From: Gemmatimonadota bacterium
Lineage (GTDB): Bacteria; Gemmatimonadota; Gemmatimonadetes; Gemmatimonadales; GWC2-71-9
Reading direction: 5' to 3'
DNA length: 64,000 bases
Assembly: GCA_039588255.1 (NCBI GenBank)
Contig: JBDHAF010000002.1
Coordinates: 33,688-97,687, forward strand
The position numbers and the translations under genes were made by a program. A model generated the notes under the pieces. The model was not told the origin of the DNA and did no database searches. It was given only the letters and a program-made list of their open reading frames with translations. Below, one piece after another: positions 36,642-47,258 of the stretch. Positions within the stretch are counted from its first letter, which is position 1, and each line of letters begins with the position of its first letter.

Positions 36642-38942
36642 TTGGGCCCGCCGGTCGTGCGCTTTGCGGCGGCGTACGCCGGCGGTCTCTGGATCGCATC
36701 AGTCGTAGCGTCGCCACCAACCGTGGTGGTAGCCGTTGCCGTCGTCACCCTGGGGCTCGGGGTTCGTCTGGCTTGGCGCCACCGCCTGCTCTGCGCGTTT
36801 CTCGCGGGGAGTGCCGTCGGGTCCATCGTACAGAGAGCGAGCACCACTGCGTGCGCGGTGCGATGGCGGCCGGGACGCCACGTGGCGTACGTGCGGGTGC
36901 ACGACGCACCAGGGACTCGCCGCACCGCCAACGCCCGGGTGCTGCATGCCCGGGAGGGATGTGGTGGTGGTTTGCGGTTGCGGTTCGACACGGAGCCTCT
37001 GCCCGCCAGTGGTACGACGCTCATCGTGGTTGGAACGTTGCACACCGGTGGCTGGCTGCGGGTGGGGCACGCACGACTGCTGCGCGACCATCGTGTGCCG
37101 CTGCGGTTTCGCCTGCGAGACCGTATTGCAGGGCGCATACGCCGGCTCTATGGAGCCCGGGCGGGGTTGGTCGACGCCATCGTGCTCGGCCGCCGCGACG
37201 GGTTGGACCCCGATCTGCGGGCGCTCTTCACCGCGGCCGGGTTGGCGCATCTGCTGGCCATCTCCGGACTGCACGTGGGCATGGTTGCCGCCTGGCTACG
37301 CGTGTCGACCCGCCTGGTGGTGGGTTCCCGGGCGAGTTGGCCGCTTAGCGCTGCGGTGACGTGGACCTACGTGGCGCTCCTCGGCTTTCCGCCTCCGGCG
37401 ACGCGTGCCGCGGCGTTTGTCGCCGTCGCGGCGGTAGGCCGCATCCGGCAACGACGCCCGCCGTGGTCGGCGGTGCTCGCGGTGGCGTCGCTGGTGGTCT
37501 TGACCATCGACCCGGGGGCGGTGCGTTCGGTGGGCGCGTGGCTGTCGGCGGCCGCGGTGGGGGGCACCGCATCGGCCGCCAACCTCATGGGTCAGGGACG
37601 CTCCGGACTCGTCAGACTCCTGGCCGTGTCGCTGGGGGCGACGCTGGCGACCGCACCGATCACCGCAGCGGCCTTCGGGAGCGTGGCGCCGGTGGGCGTG
37701 GGATCGAACCTGGTGGCGGTGCCGTTGGCAGGGCTCGCCGTCCCCGCGGTGTTCGCCAGCCTGCTGGCGGGGTCCTTCGTGGCCACCGGGGCGGGATTGG
37801 CGCTGGCGGCCCTGGAGCGCGTGGCCGGGGTGGCGGCGGCGGTGCCCCTGGGCCATCTCGACGGCGAGCCCGGTTGGTCGTTCGCGGCTCCCTGGGCGGT
37901 GCTGCTCGTGACCGCGGTCTGGGCGACCTGGCGCAAGCCGACCTGGACGGTGACGCGCAAGCGGGCGGCGGGGGCGCTGGCTCTGGCGAGCTGGACCATC
38001 GTGGCCTTTCCCGGGCGGGCAGGCCGCTCGGACGAGGGGATGCTGGCGATCCACTTCTTGGACGTGGGGCAGGGAGACGCCATCGCCGTGCAGACACCGC
38101 GAGGTCGGTGGATGCTCCTCGATGCGGGTCCGCGGTTTGGAAACCGGGATGCCGGCCGCGACGTCGTGCTCCCCTTTCTTCGCGCCCGGGGCGTTCGGCG
38201 GCTGGATGTGGCGGTGGTGTCTCATGGGGACGCGGATCACCTCGGCGGCTTTCCAACGGTCATCGAGGGCACTCGACCCCGACTTGTGCTGGAACCGGCG
38301 CAGCCTCTGGGCACCGCGCTCTACCGTGAGTACTTGGGAGCCGTCGATGCCTTTGCCGAAGACTGGCGCGCCGCACGGGTGGGCGACACCCTGGTCGTCG
38401 ATTCGGTGGCCGTCGCCGTCCTCCATCCCTCAGCCAGATGGATGGCCGGTCAGTCTTCGCCCAACGAGAACTCCCTGATCCTGCACCTGCGCTTCAAGGA
38501 GTTCGACGCCCTGTTCACGGGAGACGCCGGATGGCCGGCGGAAACGCTCCTCGTCTCGACCGTACAACCAGCCGAGGTGTTGAAGGTCGGGCATCACGGC
38601 TCCGCCGGTAGCACGTCCCGTGCTCTCTTGCAGGCCGTCCGGCCGACCGTCGCGGTGATCAGCGTGGGCCGGAACCGCTTTGGCCACCCGACGCCGGCGG
38701 TGCTCCAGCGCCTCCATCGTGAAGGCGCGGTCATCTACCGGACCGACCGGGGTGGGGCGGTGACGATCCGGACGGACGGTCGCTATTTTGAAGTCGTTCA
38801 AAGCCAATCATCCGACCTCATGGAGCGGGTCCGTTGCGTGTTTCTGACGTGGTTACCATCGAGCGGTTCATCATGGAGCAGGAACGTCTGCACCCAGAGG
38901 CCACCGGAGAGCTCTCGAATCTTCTCTACGATGTCGCCCTAG
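36642..38942 (+). CDS. comEC: DNA internalisation-related competence protein ComEC/Rec2 with C-terminal metallo-beta-lactamase domain
   Basis: Polytopic competence domain ([13 protein letters not shown]) and an MBL domain ([26 protein letters not shown]). TTG 36642 start is uncertain. The 3' tail overlaps fbp. Confidence 0.88.
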   Translation: MGPPVVRFAAAYAGGLWIASVVASPPTVVVAVAVVTLGLGVRLAWRHRLLCAFLAGSAVGSIVQRASTTACAVRWRPGRHVAYVRVHDAPGTRRTANARVLHAREGCGGGLRLRFDTEPLPASGTTLIVVGTLHTGGWLRVGHARLLRDHRVPLRFRLRDRIAGRIRRLYGARAGLVDAIVLGRRDGLDPDLRALFTAAGLAHLLAISGLHVGMVAAWLRVSTRLVVGSRASWPLSAAVTWTYVALLGFPPPATRAAAFVAVAAVGRIRQRRPPWSAVLAVASLVVLTIDPGAVRSVGAWLSAAAVGGTASAANLMGQGRSGLVRLLAVSLGATLATAPITAAAFGSVAPVGVGSNLVAVPLAGLAVPAVFASLLAGSFVATGAGLALAALERVAGVAAAVPLGHLDGEPGWSFAAPWAVLLVTAVWATWRKPTWTVTRKRAAGALALASWTIVAFPGRAGRSDEGMLAIHFLDVGQGDAIAVQTPRGRWMLLDAGPRFGNRDAGRDVVLPFLRARGVRRLDVAVVSHGDADHLGGFPTVIEGTRPRLVLEPAQPLGTALYREYLGAVDAFAEDWRAARVGDTLVVDSVAVAVLHPSARWMAGQSSPNENSLILHLRFKEFDALFTGDAGWPAETLLVSTVQPAEVLKVGHHGSAGSTSRALLQAVRPTVAVISVGRNRFGHPTPAVLQRLHREGAVIYRTDRGGAVTIRTDGRYFEVVQSQSSDLMERVRCVFLTWLPSSGSSWSRNVCTQRPPESSRIFSTMSP

Positions 38943-39850
38943 CGGCCAAGATCATTGCCGGGCACGTACGCAGTGCAGGGTTGGTGGATGTGCTGGGCAC
39001 CGCCGGGAGAACCAATGTGCAGGGGGAGGAACAACAGAAGCTCGACGTGCTGGCGAACGAGGTCATGAAGGAGGCGTTCTGTCATACCGGGCGCGTTGCG
39101 CTCATGGCCTCCGAAGAAGAAGACGATCCCATCCCCACCGATCCCAGCGCCGCATCGGGGAAGTACGTGATGCTCTTCGATCCGTTGGACGGGTCGTCCA
39201 ACATCGACGTGAATGTCTCCATAGGCACGATCTTCTCCGTGCAGCATCGTGTGTCCGACGAGGGGTGTGCCAACGTAACGGATTGTCTCCAGAACGGGCG
39301 CCAGCAGACCGCGGCCGGATACGTGATCTACGGATCGAGTACCGTGATGGTGTATTCTGCCGGGAACGGCGTTCACTGCTTTACGCTCGATCCCATCATC
39401 GGCGAATTCCGCCTCATCGACCACGACGTGGAGACGCCGGCGACCGGGAAGTACTACAGCATCAACGAGAGCAACTACAGGCGTTGGTCGGCGGGGTACC
39501 AACAGGCGGTGAGCTGCTTCAAAGGTCTCGCCGGAGACGGGCATGGAAAGAACGCCAGGTACATCGGCTCGCTCGTCGCCGACTTTCACCGCAATCTCTT
39601 GGCAGGCGGTATCTTCATGTATCCGGCGGACACGAAGTCACCCAAGGGCAAGATCCGCTTATTGTACGAAGCGAGCCCGCTCGCGTTCGTGGCGGAGCAG
39701 GCAGGTGGCGCTGCATCGGACGGCAGGACACCGATTCTCGACATCGAGCCCACCGATCTGCATCAACGGACCCCGCTCGTGATCGGGAGTCGCGACGATG
39801 TTGCGTTCGTCGAGCGCACGATTCAGGAAGCCGAAGTCCAGGTCTCATGA
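38834..39850 (+). CDS. fbp: Fructose-1,6-bisphosphatase class 1
   Basis: TIERFIMEQ...[28 protein letters not shown], and [20 protein letters not shown]. Start could be TTG 38834, GTG 38849 or ATG 38873. Confidence 0.92.
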   Translation: MRVSDVVTIERFIMEQERLHPEATGELSNLLYDVALAAKIIAGHVRSAGLVDVLGTAGRTNVQGEEQQKLDVLANEVMKEAFCHTGRVALMASEEEDDPIPTDPSAASGKYVMLFDPLDGSSNIDVNVSIGTIFSVQHRVSDEGCANVTDCLQNGRQQTAAGYVIYGSSTVMVYSAGNGVHCFTLDPIIGEFRLIDHDVETPATGKYYSINESNYRRWSAGYQQAVSCFKGLAGDGHGKNARYIGSLVADFHRNLLAGGIFMYPADTKSPKGKIRLLYEASPLAFVAEQAGGAASDGRTPILDIEPTDLHQRTPLVIGSRDDVAFVERTIQEAEVQVS

Positions 39851-41415
39851 GCAAAGAGCCCCGGCGGTCCCCCTCCGGAATCCCCGTTGCAGAAGCCCAC
39901 AGCGCCCCGGCCGACGAGAGCAGTAGGGATCTCGGAGCCGCCGGGGCGTTTCCGTTCACCCGCGGTATTCACCCCGACATGTACGGCAGTCGTCTTTGGA
40001 CGATGCGCCAGTACGCAGGTTTTGGAACGGCGGAGCAGACCAACGACCGGTTCCGCAAGCTGCTGGATGCGGGCCAGACGGGACTCTCGGTGGCGTTTGA
40101 TCTTCCCACGCAAATGGGGCTGGATTCGGACGCGCCACGGGCAGAAGGCGAGGTCGGCCGGGCGGGTGTCGCCATCGACAGCGTCGACGACTTCGCCGTC
40201 GTCTTCGACGGGATCCCGCTGGATGCCGTTTCCACGTCGATGACCATCAACGCCACGGCGGCCGTGCTGCTCGCGATGTACGTCGTTGTCGCCGAGGAGC
40301 AGGGAACGTCGCGCGACAAGATCCGCGGCACGGTGCAGAACGATGTCTTGAAGGAGTATGTGGCGCGTGGGACTTACATCTACCCGATGGAGCCGTCACT
40401 CCGATTAGTGACGGACATCTTCGCCTTCGTTGCCGACGAGCAGATGCCCTTCAACCCGATTTCCATCAGCGGTTACCACATGCGGGAAGCGGGCTCGACG
40501 GCGATTCAAGAGGTGGCATTTACGTTGGCCAACGCCATCGAGTACGTGGACAGGGCCGTGGCGCGCGGTCTTCCCATCGATGCGTTTGCGCCACGCATTT
40601 CCTTCTTCTTCGCCGCGCACAACGATCTCTTCGAGGAGGTCGCGAAGTTCCGAGCGGCGCGGCGCCTCTGGGCCACGATAGTCCGCGAGCGGTACCAGGG
40701 AAGCGACAAGAGTTGCCGGCTGCGGTTTCACACGCAGACCGGGGGATCCACTCTCACGGCCCAACAGCCGCTCAACAACGTGGTCCGCGTGACCATTCAG
40801 GCGCTCGCGGCGGTCCTCGGCGGAACCCAGTCGTTGCACACCAACGGATACGACGAAGCGCTGGCACTGCCGTCGGAAGAGGCGGCTCGACTCGCGCTCC
40901 GAACGCAGCAGGTGATCGCGTACGAATCAGGTGCGACGCAAACCGCGGATCCCCTTGGGGGGTCGTACTACGTAGAGCACCTCACCGATTCCATCGAACG
41001 CGAGGCCCGCAAGCTGCTGGACGAGGTCGCCGGCCGCGGTGGCGCGGCACGGGCGATCGAGTCGGGTTTCTTCCAAAGCGCTATCAGCCGCGCAGCCTAC
41101 GCGGACCAACGGGCCCTCGAGGCGGAGGATAATGTTGTGGTGGGGGTCAATCGGTTCGCAGAAGATGAGCCGCCCAGCGTGATTTCGGCTCCCGATTACA
41201 CGACCCTGGCCAACCGGCAGCGGGAGCGGGTATGGGCCACGAGAGCTGCGCGCGACCCGGGAGCGTGGCAGGCGGCGCTGCAGCGTCTCGACGAGGGCGC
41301 CCGGGGGAACGCCGCCATGATGCCGTTGATCGTGGACGCGGTGCGGGCGCGGGCGACGGTTGGCGAGATCAGTGACGCCCTCCGCGACGCTTGGGGCGTG
41401 TTCCGGGCTGCTTGA
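39847..41415 (+). CDS. Methylmalonyl-CoA mutase family catalytic (N-terminal TIM barrel) subunit, with no B12-binding domain
   Basis: 522 aa. [53 protein letters not shown] and [11 protein letters not shown]. Ends before the Rossmann B12 domain. ATGA overlap with fbp. Confidence 0.88.
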   Translation: MSKEPRRSPSGIPVAEAHSAPADESSRDLGAAGAFPFTRGIHPDMYGSRLWTMRQYAGFGTAEQTNDRFRKLLDAGQTGLSVAFDLPTQMGLDSDAPRAEGEVGRAGVAIDSVDDFAVVFDGIPLDAVSTSMTINATAAVLLAMYVVVAEEQGTSRDKIRGTVQNDVLKEYVARGTYIYPMEPSLRLVTDIFAFVADEQMPFNPISISGYHMREAGSTAIQEVAFTLANAIEYVDRAVARGLPIDAFAPRISFFFAAHNDLFEEVAKFRAARRLWATIVRERYQGSDKSCRLRFHTQTGGSTLTAQQPLNNVVRVTIQALAAVLGGTQSLHTNGYDEALALPSEEAARLALRTQQVIAYESGATQTADPLGGSYYVEHLTDSIEREARKLLDEVAGRGGAARAIESGFFQSAISRAAYADQRALEAEDNVVVGVNRFAEDEPPSVISAPDYTTLANRQRERVWATRAARDPGAWQAALQRLDEGARGNAAMMPLIVDAVRARATVGEISDALRDAWGVFRAA

Positions 41416-41485
41416 CCAGGGTTCGGGGTCCGGCTAAGATGCCCAGTTGCTCCCAGGTACATGCGTTGAAATGGTAGGATGCATC

Positions 41486-41782
41486 ATGCCCACATACGGG
41501 TATCGTTGCCCGGCGTGCGGGCACGAATTCGACAAGTTCCAGAAGATAAGTGACATGGCCCGAGCCGAGTGTCCCGAGTGCGGGACGGTCGGCGAGCGCC
41601 TGATCTCGGGGGGAGCCGGCGTCGTGTTCAAAGGCTCCGGATTCTACGAGACCGACTACAAGCGGAAGAAAGCAGCCCCCGGCGATACGGACAAAAAGAA
41701 GGACACTACGCCTACAAAGAAGGACGCCCCGCCCAAGAAGAGCGATGCCGGCACGACGAAGCCCAGGGGAGACAGCTCCTGA
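41486..41782 (+). CDS. FmdB-family zinc-ribbon protein
   Basis: MPTYGYRCPACGHEFDKFQKISD...CPECG pattern followed by a Lys-rich low-complexity tail. Confidence 0.8.
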   Translation: MPTYGYRCPACGHEFDKFQKISDMARAECPECGTVGERLISGGAGVVFKGSGFYETDYKRKKAAPGDTDKKKDTTPTKKDAPPKKSDAGTTKPRGDSS

Positions 41783-41847
41783 CGTCCGGCGCCGACCGGC
41801 AGCGCTCTCAACCTCTTGGGCATCACTGCCCGCGAACGGATGTAACC

Positions 41848-42762
41848 ATGCAACTACTCGCCGTCGGCAGCATTGCACTCGATTCTGTCGAAACCCCATT
41901 CGGGTCGACCGACGACGCGCTGGGTGGATCGGCGACCTTTTTTGGATACGCGGCGGCATTCTTTCACCCGGTCCAGGTCGTGGGTGTCATTGGTGATGAT
42001 TTCCCCGTTGAGGAACTGGACCGAATGGCCGCGCGCGGCATCGATGTCTCCGGTGTTGAACGCGCTGCGGGCCAGAGCTTCCGGTGGAAGGGGAAATATT
42101 CCTACGACTTCCAAGATCGTGAAACTCTCGACACGCAATTGGGCGTGTTCGCCGATTTCGATCCCAAGCTCCCCGACGCGTATCGCGAAGCCAATCTGGT
42201 GTTTCTCGGCAACATCGATCCGCAACTCCAGCTTCGCGTGCTCGACCAGGTCGGACAGCCCGATCTGGTTGCTTGCGACACGATGAACTACTGGATCCAA
42301 GGACAGCCGGAAACACTCGCAGAGTTGTTAAAACGCATCGACGTGCTGATGGTCAACGACGCGGAGGCGAGGCAACTCTCCGGCGACTGGAACGTCTATC
42401 GGGCGGCACGCTGGATCCTGGATCGCGGTCCAAGCATGGTCATCGTCAAGCAGGGCGAGTACGGTGCCGTTCTCGTCGACAACACCGGTATCTTCTATGT
42501 ACCGGCCTTTCCGCTGGAGGAGATCCACGATCCCACCGGCGCCGGAGACGCCTTCGCCGGCGGTTTCATGGGCCACTTGGCGCGGAGCGGCGATCTGTCA
42601 CCGGCCAACATGCGCCGCGCGATGGTGTTCGGATCGACCGCTGGCTCGTTCGCGGTGGAACGGTTCTCGGTGCAGCGGTTCCAGGAGGTGGGGGTGGAGG
42701 AGGTCACGGATCGCGCCCGGTCGTTCAGCGACCTGGTGCATTTCACCACGGACGGCTTCTGA
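41848..42762 (+). CDS. PfkB-family carbohydrate/nucleoside kinase, substrate unknown
   Basis: 304 aa. The N-terminal GSIALD..ETP motif and C-terminal DPTGAGDAFAGGF are PfkB signatures. Confidence 0.8.
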   Translation: MQLLAVGSIALDSVETPFGSTDDALGGSATFFGYAAAFFHPVQVVGVIGDDFPVEELDRMAARGIDVSGVERAAGQSFRWKGKYSYDFQDRETLDTQLGVFADFDPKLPDAYREANLVFLGNIDPQLQLRVLDQVGQPDLVACDTMNYWIQGQPETLAELLKRIDVLMVNDAEARQLSGDWNVYRAARWILDRGPSMVIVKQGEYGAVLVDNTGIFYVPAFPLEEIHDPTGAGDAFAGGFMGHLARSGDLSPANMRRAMVFGSTAGSFAVERFSVQRFQEVGVEEVTDRARSFSDLVHFTTDGF

Positions 42763-42832
42763 GGCAGTTGGGGATGTTCTGACAACACTCACGGTTTCTT
42801 GAGACCGCAGGTGGTTTCTTGCAACACGGACG

Positions 42833-43864
42833 ATGCCGACGAGAATGACTGCTGACAGGTATCGCGAGGCGGGTGTCGATCTGGACGCCGCCGAGCAGGC
42901 GAAGAAGAGGATCGGCGAGGTCATCGCTTCCACGCGCACGGGCCTGGCGCGGGGCGCGATCGGTGGGTTTGGCGGCATGGTGCGCGTCCCCGACGACGTT
43001 CCCGACCCCCTCCTGGTGGCCAGCACCGACGGTGTCGGCACCAAGGTGCTGGTGGCGGCCCGGGCCAACCGGCACGACACGGTGGGCGAGGACCTCGTGA
43101 ACCACTGCGTCAACGACATCCTCGTGCACGGCGCGCGGCCCATCGCGTTTCTCGACTACATCGCTACGGCGTCGGTGGACCCCGGCACGGTGGCCGCCCT
43201 GGTGGAAGGGGTGGCCCGGGGGTGTCGCGCCCACGACATGACGCTCGCCGGTGGGGAGACAGCCGAGATGCCCGACCTGTACCACCCCGGCCATTACGAT
43301 CTCGCCGGGACCATTCTCGGTGTGGTGTCCGAAGGAGACGCCTTGCACGGGGAGCGCGTGCGCCCCGGCGATGTCCTGGTCGGATACGAGTCCACCGGCC
43401 TCCACACCAACGGCTACTCGCTGGCGCGACGCATCGTGTTCGACGTGCTGGCGCTCGATGTGGAGAGCGAGATTCCCGAGCTGGGCGCGTCGGTAGGAGA
43501 TGTTCTGTTGGCGGTGCACCGGAGCTATCACGCGGCGGTCGCTCCGGTGATGAAACGGGTCCACGCCCTGGCGCACATCACGGGTGGTGGTCTTCCGGGC
43601 AATCTCTCTCGGGCGTTGCCCGACGGCTGCGGGGCGGTCGTCCAATCGGATGCGTGGACCGTGCCACCCCTCTTCACGTTTCTTCAGGATGCAGGCGGTG
43701 TGGAGCGGGAGGAGATGTTCCGCGTGTTCAACATGGGGGTGGGTCTCGTCGCCGTCGTTCCTTCGGATGCGGTGGCGGAGGCCCAGGGTGCCGCCGGGGA
43801 CGCCGGGGTACCGACCTGGGTCGTCGGTGAGGTGGTGGAGGGTGAAGGGGTCACCATTCACTAG
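42833..43864 (+). CDS. purM: Phosphoribosylformylglycinamidine cyclo-ligase (AIR synthetase) PurM
   Basis: YREAGVDLDA, GGFGG, STDGVGTK, DLVNHCVNDI and GGETAEMP motifs. Confidence 0.95.
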   Translation: MPTRMTADRYREAGVDLDAAEQAKKRIGEVIASTRTGLARGAIGGFGGMVRVPDDVPDPLLVASTDGVGTKVLVAARANRHDTVGEDLVNHCVNDILVHGARPIAFLDYIATASVDPGTVAALVEGVARGCRAHDMTLAGGETAEMPDLYHPGHYDLAGTILGVVSEGDALHGERVRPGDVLVGYESTGLHTNGYSLARRIVFDVLALDVESEIPELGASVGDVLLAVHRSYHAAVAPVMKRVHALAHITGGGLPGNLSRALPDGCGAVVQSDAWTVPPLFTFLQDAGGVEREEMFRVFNMGVGLVAVVPSDAVAEAQGAAGDAGVPTWVVGEVVEGEGVTIH

Positions 43865-43870
43865 AGAGCC

Positions 43871-44950
43871 GTGACCGAACTCGAAGCGATGCGCCGGGCA
43901 CTCGAGCTCGCGCTGCGAGGGTGGGGAAGAGTTGCCCCGAATCCTCTGGTGGGCGCCGTGCTGCTCCGGAATGGGCAGGTGATCGGCGAGGGATACCACG
44001 CCGAGTTCGGCGAGGCCCACGCCGAAGCCAGCGCCCTGGCCGCCTGCGACGACGCCACCGGGGCAACTTGCGTGGTGAACCTCGAGCCCTGCGTCCACGT
44101 GGGGAAGACGCCGCCATGCTGTGATGCCCTGAAGGCCGCCGGGGTGAGGCGGGTGGTGGCCGCCGTGAGGGACCCCACCGAATCCGGGGGTGGACTGGAC
44201 CGGCTGCGGGAAGCCGGCGTCGAGGTGAGCCACGGGGTGGCCGCGGGGGAAGCCGCCGCCCTCAATGCCCCATTCCTATTTGGTGCGTCTCAGGCGGAGC
44301 GCCCCTTCGTGGCGGTGAAGGTGGCGACGTCTCTGGACGGGTTCCTGGCCGACGAGACGGGCCGCTCGCAGTGGATCTCGGGCCCCGAGGCCCGGGACTT
44401 CGTCCACTGGCTCCGGGCCGGCTTCGACGCCATCGGTGTGGGGCGTCGGACGGCCGTCATGGACGATCCCCAGTTGACCGTTCGGGGCCCGGTGACACCT
44501 CGGAACCCACCGATTCGCGTGGTTTTTGGGGTGACGGGGGAAGTTCCCGAGCAGCTCCAGCTCCTCGACACCCGGGCCGCGCCCACCACTGTCCTGACGG
44601 CTTCTTCTCGAGCGGTTGAACTCGGCCAAACCTTTGCCCATACTCAAGTTACGGTGTTGGGTGCGGACGACCTGCCCCGGGGCCTGAACGCCCTTCGAGG
44701 CGGGGGAATCCGGTCGATCCTCGTGGAGGGTGGGGGGGCGCTGGTCCGGGCGCTGCTCCGGGGGGGCTTGGTGGATCGGCTGTACTGGGTTCAGGCGCCG
44801 ATGTGGCTGGGGAGGGGGATCTCCCCCTTCGGCGGGCGAGAGGCGGTGCCGCTGGATGAGGCACAAGCTTGGACCGTAACCGAGCGGCGGGCCCTGGGGC
44901 CCGACACCCTGCTCGTGGTGGATCGAGAGTTATGTTTACAGGAATCGTGA
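43871..44950 (+). CDS. ribD: Bifunctional riboflavin biosynthesis deaminase/reductase RibD
   Basis: HAEASAL...LEPCVHVGKTPPCC deaminase zinc motif, then the reductase domain (KVATSLDG). Confidence 0.93.
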   Translation: MTELEAMRRALELALRGWGRVAPNPLVGAVLLRNGQVIGEGYHAEFGEAHAEASALAACDDATGATCVVNLEPCVHVGKTPPCCDALKAAGVRRVVAAVRDPTESGGGLDRLREAGVEVSHGVAAGEAAALNAPFLFGASQAERPFVAVKVATSLDGFLADETGRSQWISGPEARDFVHWLRAGFDAIGVGRRTAVMDDPQLTVRGPVTPRNPPIRVVFGVTGEVPEQLQLLDTRAAPTTVLTASSRAVELGQTFAHTQVTVLGADDLPRGLNALRGGGIRSILVEGGGALVRALLRGGLVDRLYWVQAPMWLGRGISPFGGREAVPLDEAQAWTVTERRALGPDTLLVVDRELCLQES

Positions 44951-45555
44951 CCGCACAGGGGTCGGTCGCCGCGGTAGCGGCGGGGGGCGATCGGCTGAAA
45001 CTGACCATAGAGGCACCCTTCGAAGACTTGGCCATGGGCGAGAGCGTCGCCGTGAACGGCGCCTGCCTGACGGTCATGGAATTGGAGCCGGGCAACTTCT
45101 CCGTCGAAGCGGTCGTTACCACCCGCGAACGCACAACCCTGGCGGATCTCTCCGTCGGATCGCGAGTGAACCTCGAGCGAGCGCTCGCGGTGGGAGACCG
45201 GCTCGGCGGGCACTTCGTGCAAGGTCACGTCGATGGCGTGGCCGAGATCGTCCGGGTGACGCCGCGGGAGGACGCGGTACTCATCGACGTGCGAGTACCG
45301 GACGACATCATGGCGGTGACCGTGCTCCACGGGTCGATAGCCGTGGATGGCGTGAGCATGACGGTGAACGCGCTCCCCGAAGCCGGAGTCGTGCAGCTGT
45401 CGGTCATTCCGTTCACGTGCGAGCACACGACGCTGGGATCGCTCGGGGTGGGCGATCGCGTCCATGTGGAGGGTGATATGCTCGGAAAGTTCGTCAAACG
45501 GCTTTTCGAGACACGGGCGGCGCCCGAGACGACGTCTGGACCGGGCACCGGTTGA
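44932..45555 (+). CDS. ribE: Riboflavin synthase
   Basis: MFTGIV N-terminus and duplicated lumazine-binding repeats (GESVAVNGACLTV / GSIAVDGVSMTV). Confidence 0.93.
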   Translation: MFTGIVTAQGSVAAVAAGGDRLKLTIEAPFEDLAMGESVAVNGACLTVMELEPGNFSVEAVVTTRERTTLADLSVGSRVNLERALAVGDRLGGHFVQGHVDGVAEIVRVTPREDAVLIDVRVPDDIMAVTVLHGSIAVDGVSMTVNALPEAGVVQLSVIPFTCEHTTLGSLGVGDRVHVEGDMLGKFVKRLFETRAAPETTSGPGTG

Positions 45556-45571
45556 TTTGGAAGGAAGCGTT

Positions 45572-46777
45572 ATGGAATTCGGAACCATTGAGCAGGCAAT
45601 TGAAGATATAAAAGAGGGTCGCCTCGTCATCGTCGCGGACGACGAGGACAGGGAAAACGAAGGTGATCTGGTGGGTGCGGCGGAAGGCATGACTCCCGAC
45701 GCCGTCAACTTCATGGCGAAGCACGGCCGGGGGCTCATCTGTCTCTCGCTGACGCCGGAGCGGTGCAGCGAGCTCGGACTACCGCAGATGGCGGATGAGA
45801 ACACGGAATCCAATGGAACGGCGTTCACGGTCAGCGTCGACGGGGGGAAGCGCTTCGGCGTGACCACGGGGATCTCGGCGTGGGATCGGTGGAAGACGAT
45901 CCAGGTGGCCATCGATCCGGCGACGACGCCGGGGGATTTGCGGCGGCCGGGGCACGTCTTCCCGCTGCGTGCCCGCCCGGGAGGCGTGTTACAGCGTGTG
46001 GGTCAGACCGAAGCGAGCGTGGATCTTGCGCGGCTGGCCGGTCTCTGTCCCGCCGGTGTCATCTGCGAGATCCTCGACGATGACGGGACGATGATGCGCC
46101 GGCCGCAACTGGAGCGGTTTGCCAAGGAGCACGGCCTCACATTCGTCACGGTCGCCCAACTCGTTGCGTACCGGCTGCAACACGAGCGCCTGGTCCATCG
46201 CGTGGCAGAGGCGAGGCTTCCCACGGACTTCGGCGAATTCCAGGTGATCGGCTACTCCAACGACGTGGATCAAGCGGAGCACTTGGCGTTGCTGTACGGC
46301 GACGTGGCGGAACAAGAGGACGTGTTGGTGCGGATGCACTCCAAGTGCCTCACCGGCGACGTGTTCGGCTCGGAGCGTTGCGACTGCGGGTGGCAGTTGC
46401 GCAGCGCCATGCGGGCCATCGTGCATGCGGGCGGGGGCGCGATCGTCTACCTCGATCAGGAGGGCCGCGGCATCGGGCTCCTGAACAAGCTCAAAGCGTA
46501 TGAGCTGCAGGACGGCGGTGACGACACGGTGGAGGCCAACCAGCGCCTCGGCTTTGCGCCCGATCTGCGCAACTATGGGATCGGTGCACAGATCCTCATG
46601 GATCTCGGGCTCAGCTCGATTCGCGTGTTGACGAACAACCCGATGAAATTGGTGGGGCTCGAAGGGTACGGACTGCGCATCGTGGAGCGCGTCCCCATCG
46701 AGCCGTTGCCGACCGATGAAAACCGGGAGTATCTGGACGTCAAGCGGGACAAACTCGGCCACTTGCTCTCGCACTGA
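45572..46777 (+). CDS. ribBA: Bifunctional 3,4-dihydroxy-2-butanone-4-phosphate synthase / GTP cyclohydrolase II
   Basis: DDEDRENEGDL DHBP synthase motif and RMHSKCLTGDVFGSERCDCG cyclohydrolase II zinc motif. AAGGAAG Shine-Dalgarno upstream. Confidence 0.95.
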   Translation: MEFGTIEQAIEDIKEGRLVIVADDEDRENEGDLVGAAEGMTPDAVNFMAKHGRGLICLSLTPERCSELGLPQMADENTESNGTAFTVSVDGGKRFGVTTGISAWDRWKTIQVAIDPATTPGDLRRPGHVFPLRARPGGVLQRVGQTEASVDLARLAGLCPAGVICEILDDDGTMMRRPQLERFAKEHGLTFVTVAQLVAYRLQHERLVHRVAEARLPTDFGEFQVIGYSNDVDQAEHLALLYGDVAEQEDVLVRMHSKCLTGDVFGSERCDCGWQLRSAMRAIVHAGGGAIVYLDQEGRGIGLLNKLKAYELQDGGDDTVEANQRLGFAPDLRNYGIGAQILMDLGLSSIRVLTNNPMKLVGLEGYGLRIVERVPIEPLPTDENREYLDVKRDKLGHLLSH

Positions 46778-46778
46778 T

Positions 46779-47258
46779 ATGACAGACGTAGCCTCGACCG
46801 ACCGTTCGGCACCCGGGCGGGTTGTAGTGGTTGTGAGTCGATTCAACGAGGGCGTGACGCACCGCTTGTTGGAAGGGGCGATGACGGCCTTGGCCGATGC
46901 GGGATATGGCGACGCGGATGTGGACGTCATGTGGGTACCCGGAGCGTGGGAGTTGCCGGTGTCGGTTCGGCGCGCCCTCGACACGAGACGGTATCGAGCC
47001 GCCGTCGCGTTGGGTGCCGTCATTCGCGGCGAAACTCCCCATTTCGATTACATCTGCGCAGAGGCCACGCGGGGTCTCGGCGAGACCGCTCTTGCGACGG
47101 GCGTGCCTGTCGGCTTCGGCCTGCTGACGTGTGAGACCCTCGCCGAGGCCATGGCCCGCGCCGGAGGTGAGGCGGGAAACAAGGGGACGCAAGCGGCGGC
47201 GGCGGCGATCGAAACTGCCAACACTCTGAACCAGGTCGACGGGCGTGCTACGACGTGA
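46779..47258 (+). CDS. ribH: 6,7-dimethyl-8-ribityllumazine synthase
   Basis: VVVVVSRFNEGVTHRLLEGA, VPGAWELP, and GAVIRGETPHFDYIC. Confidence 0.93.
   Translation: MTDVASTDRSAPGRVVVVVSRFNEGVTHRLLEGAMTALADAGYGDADVDVMWVPGAWELPVSVRRALDTRRYRAAVALGAVIRGETPHFDYICAEATRGLGETALATGVPVGFGLLTCETLAEAMARAGGEAGNKGTQAAAAAIETANTLNQVDGRATT

Noticed and set aside
43865-43870. FMN riboswitch in front of the rib operon
   Set aside because: Only 6 nt separate purM and ribD. The 70-nt region upstream of purM shows no FMN-element core.
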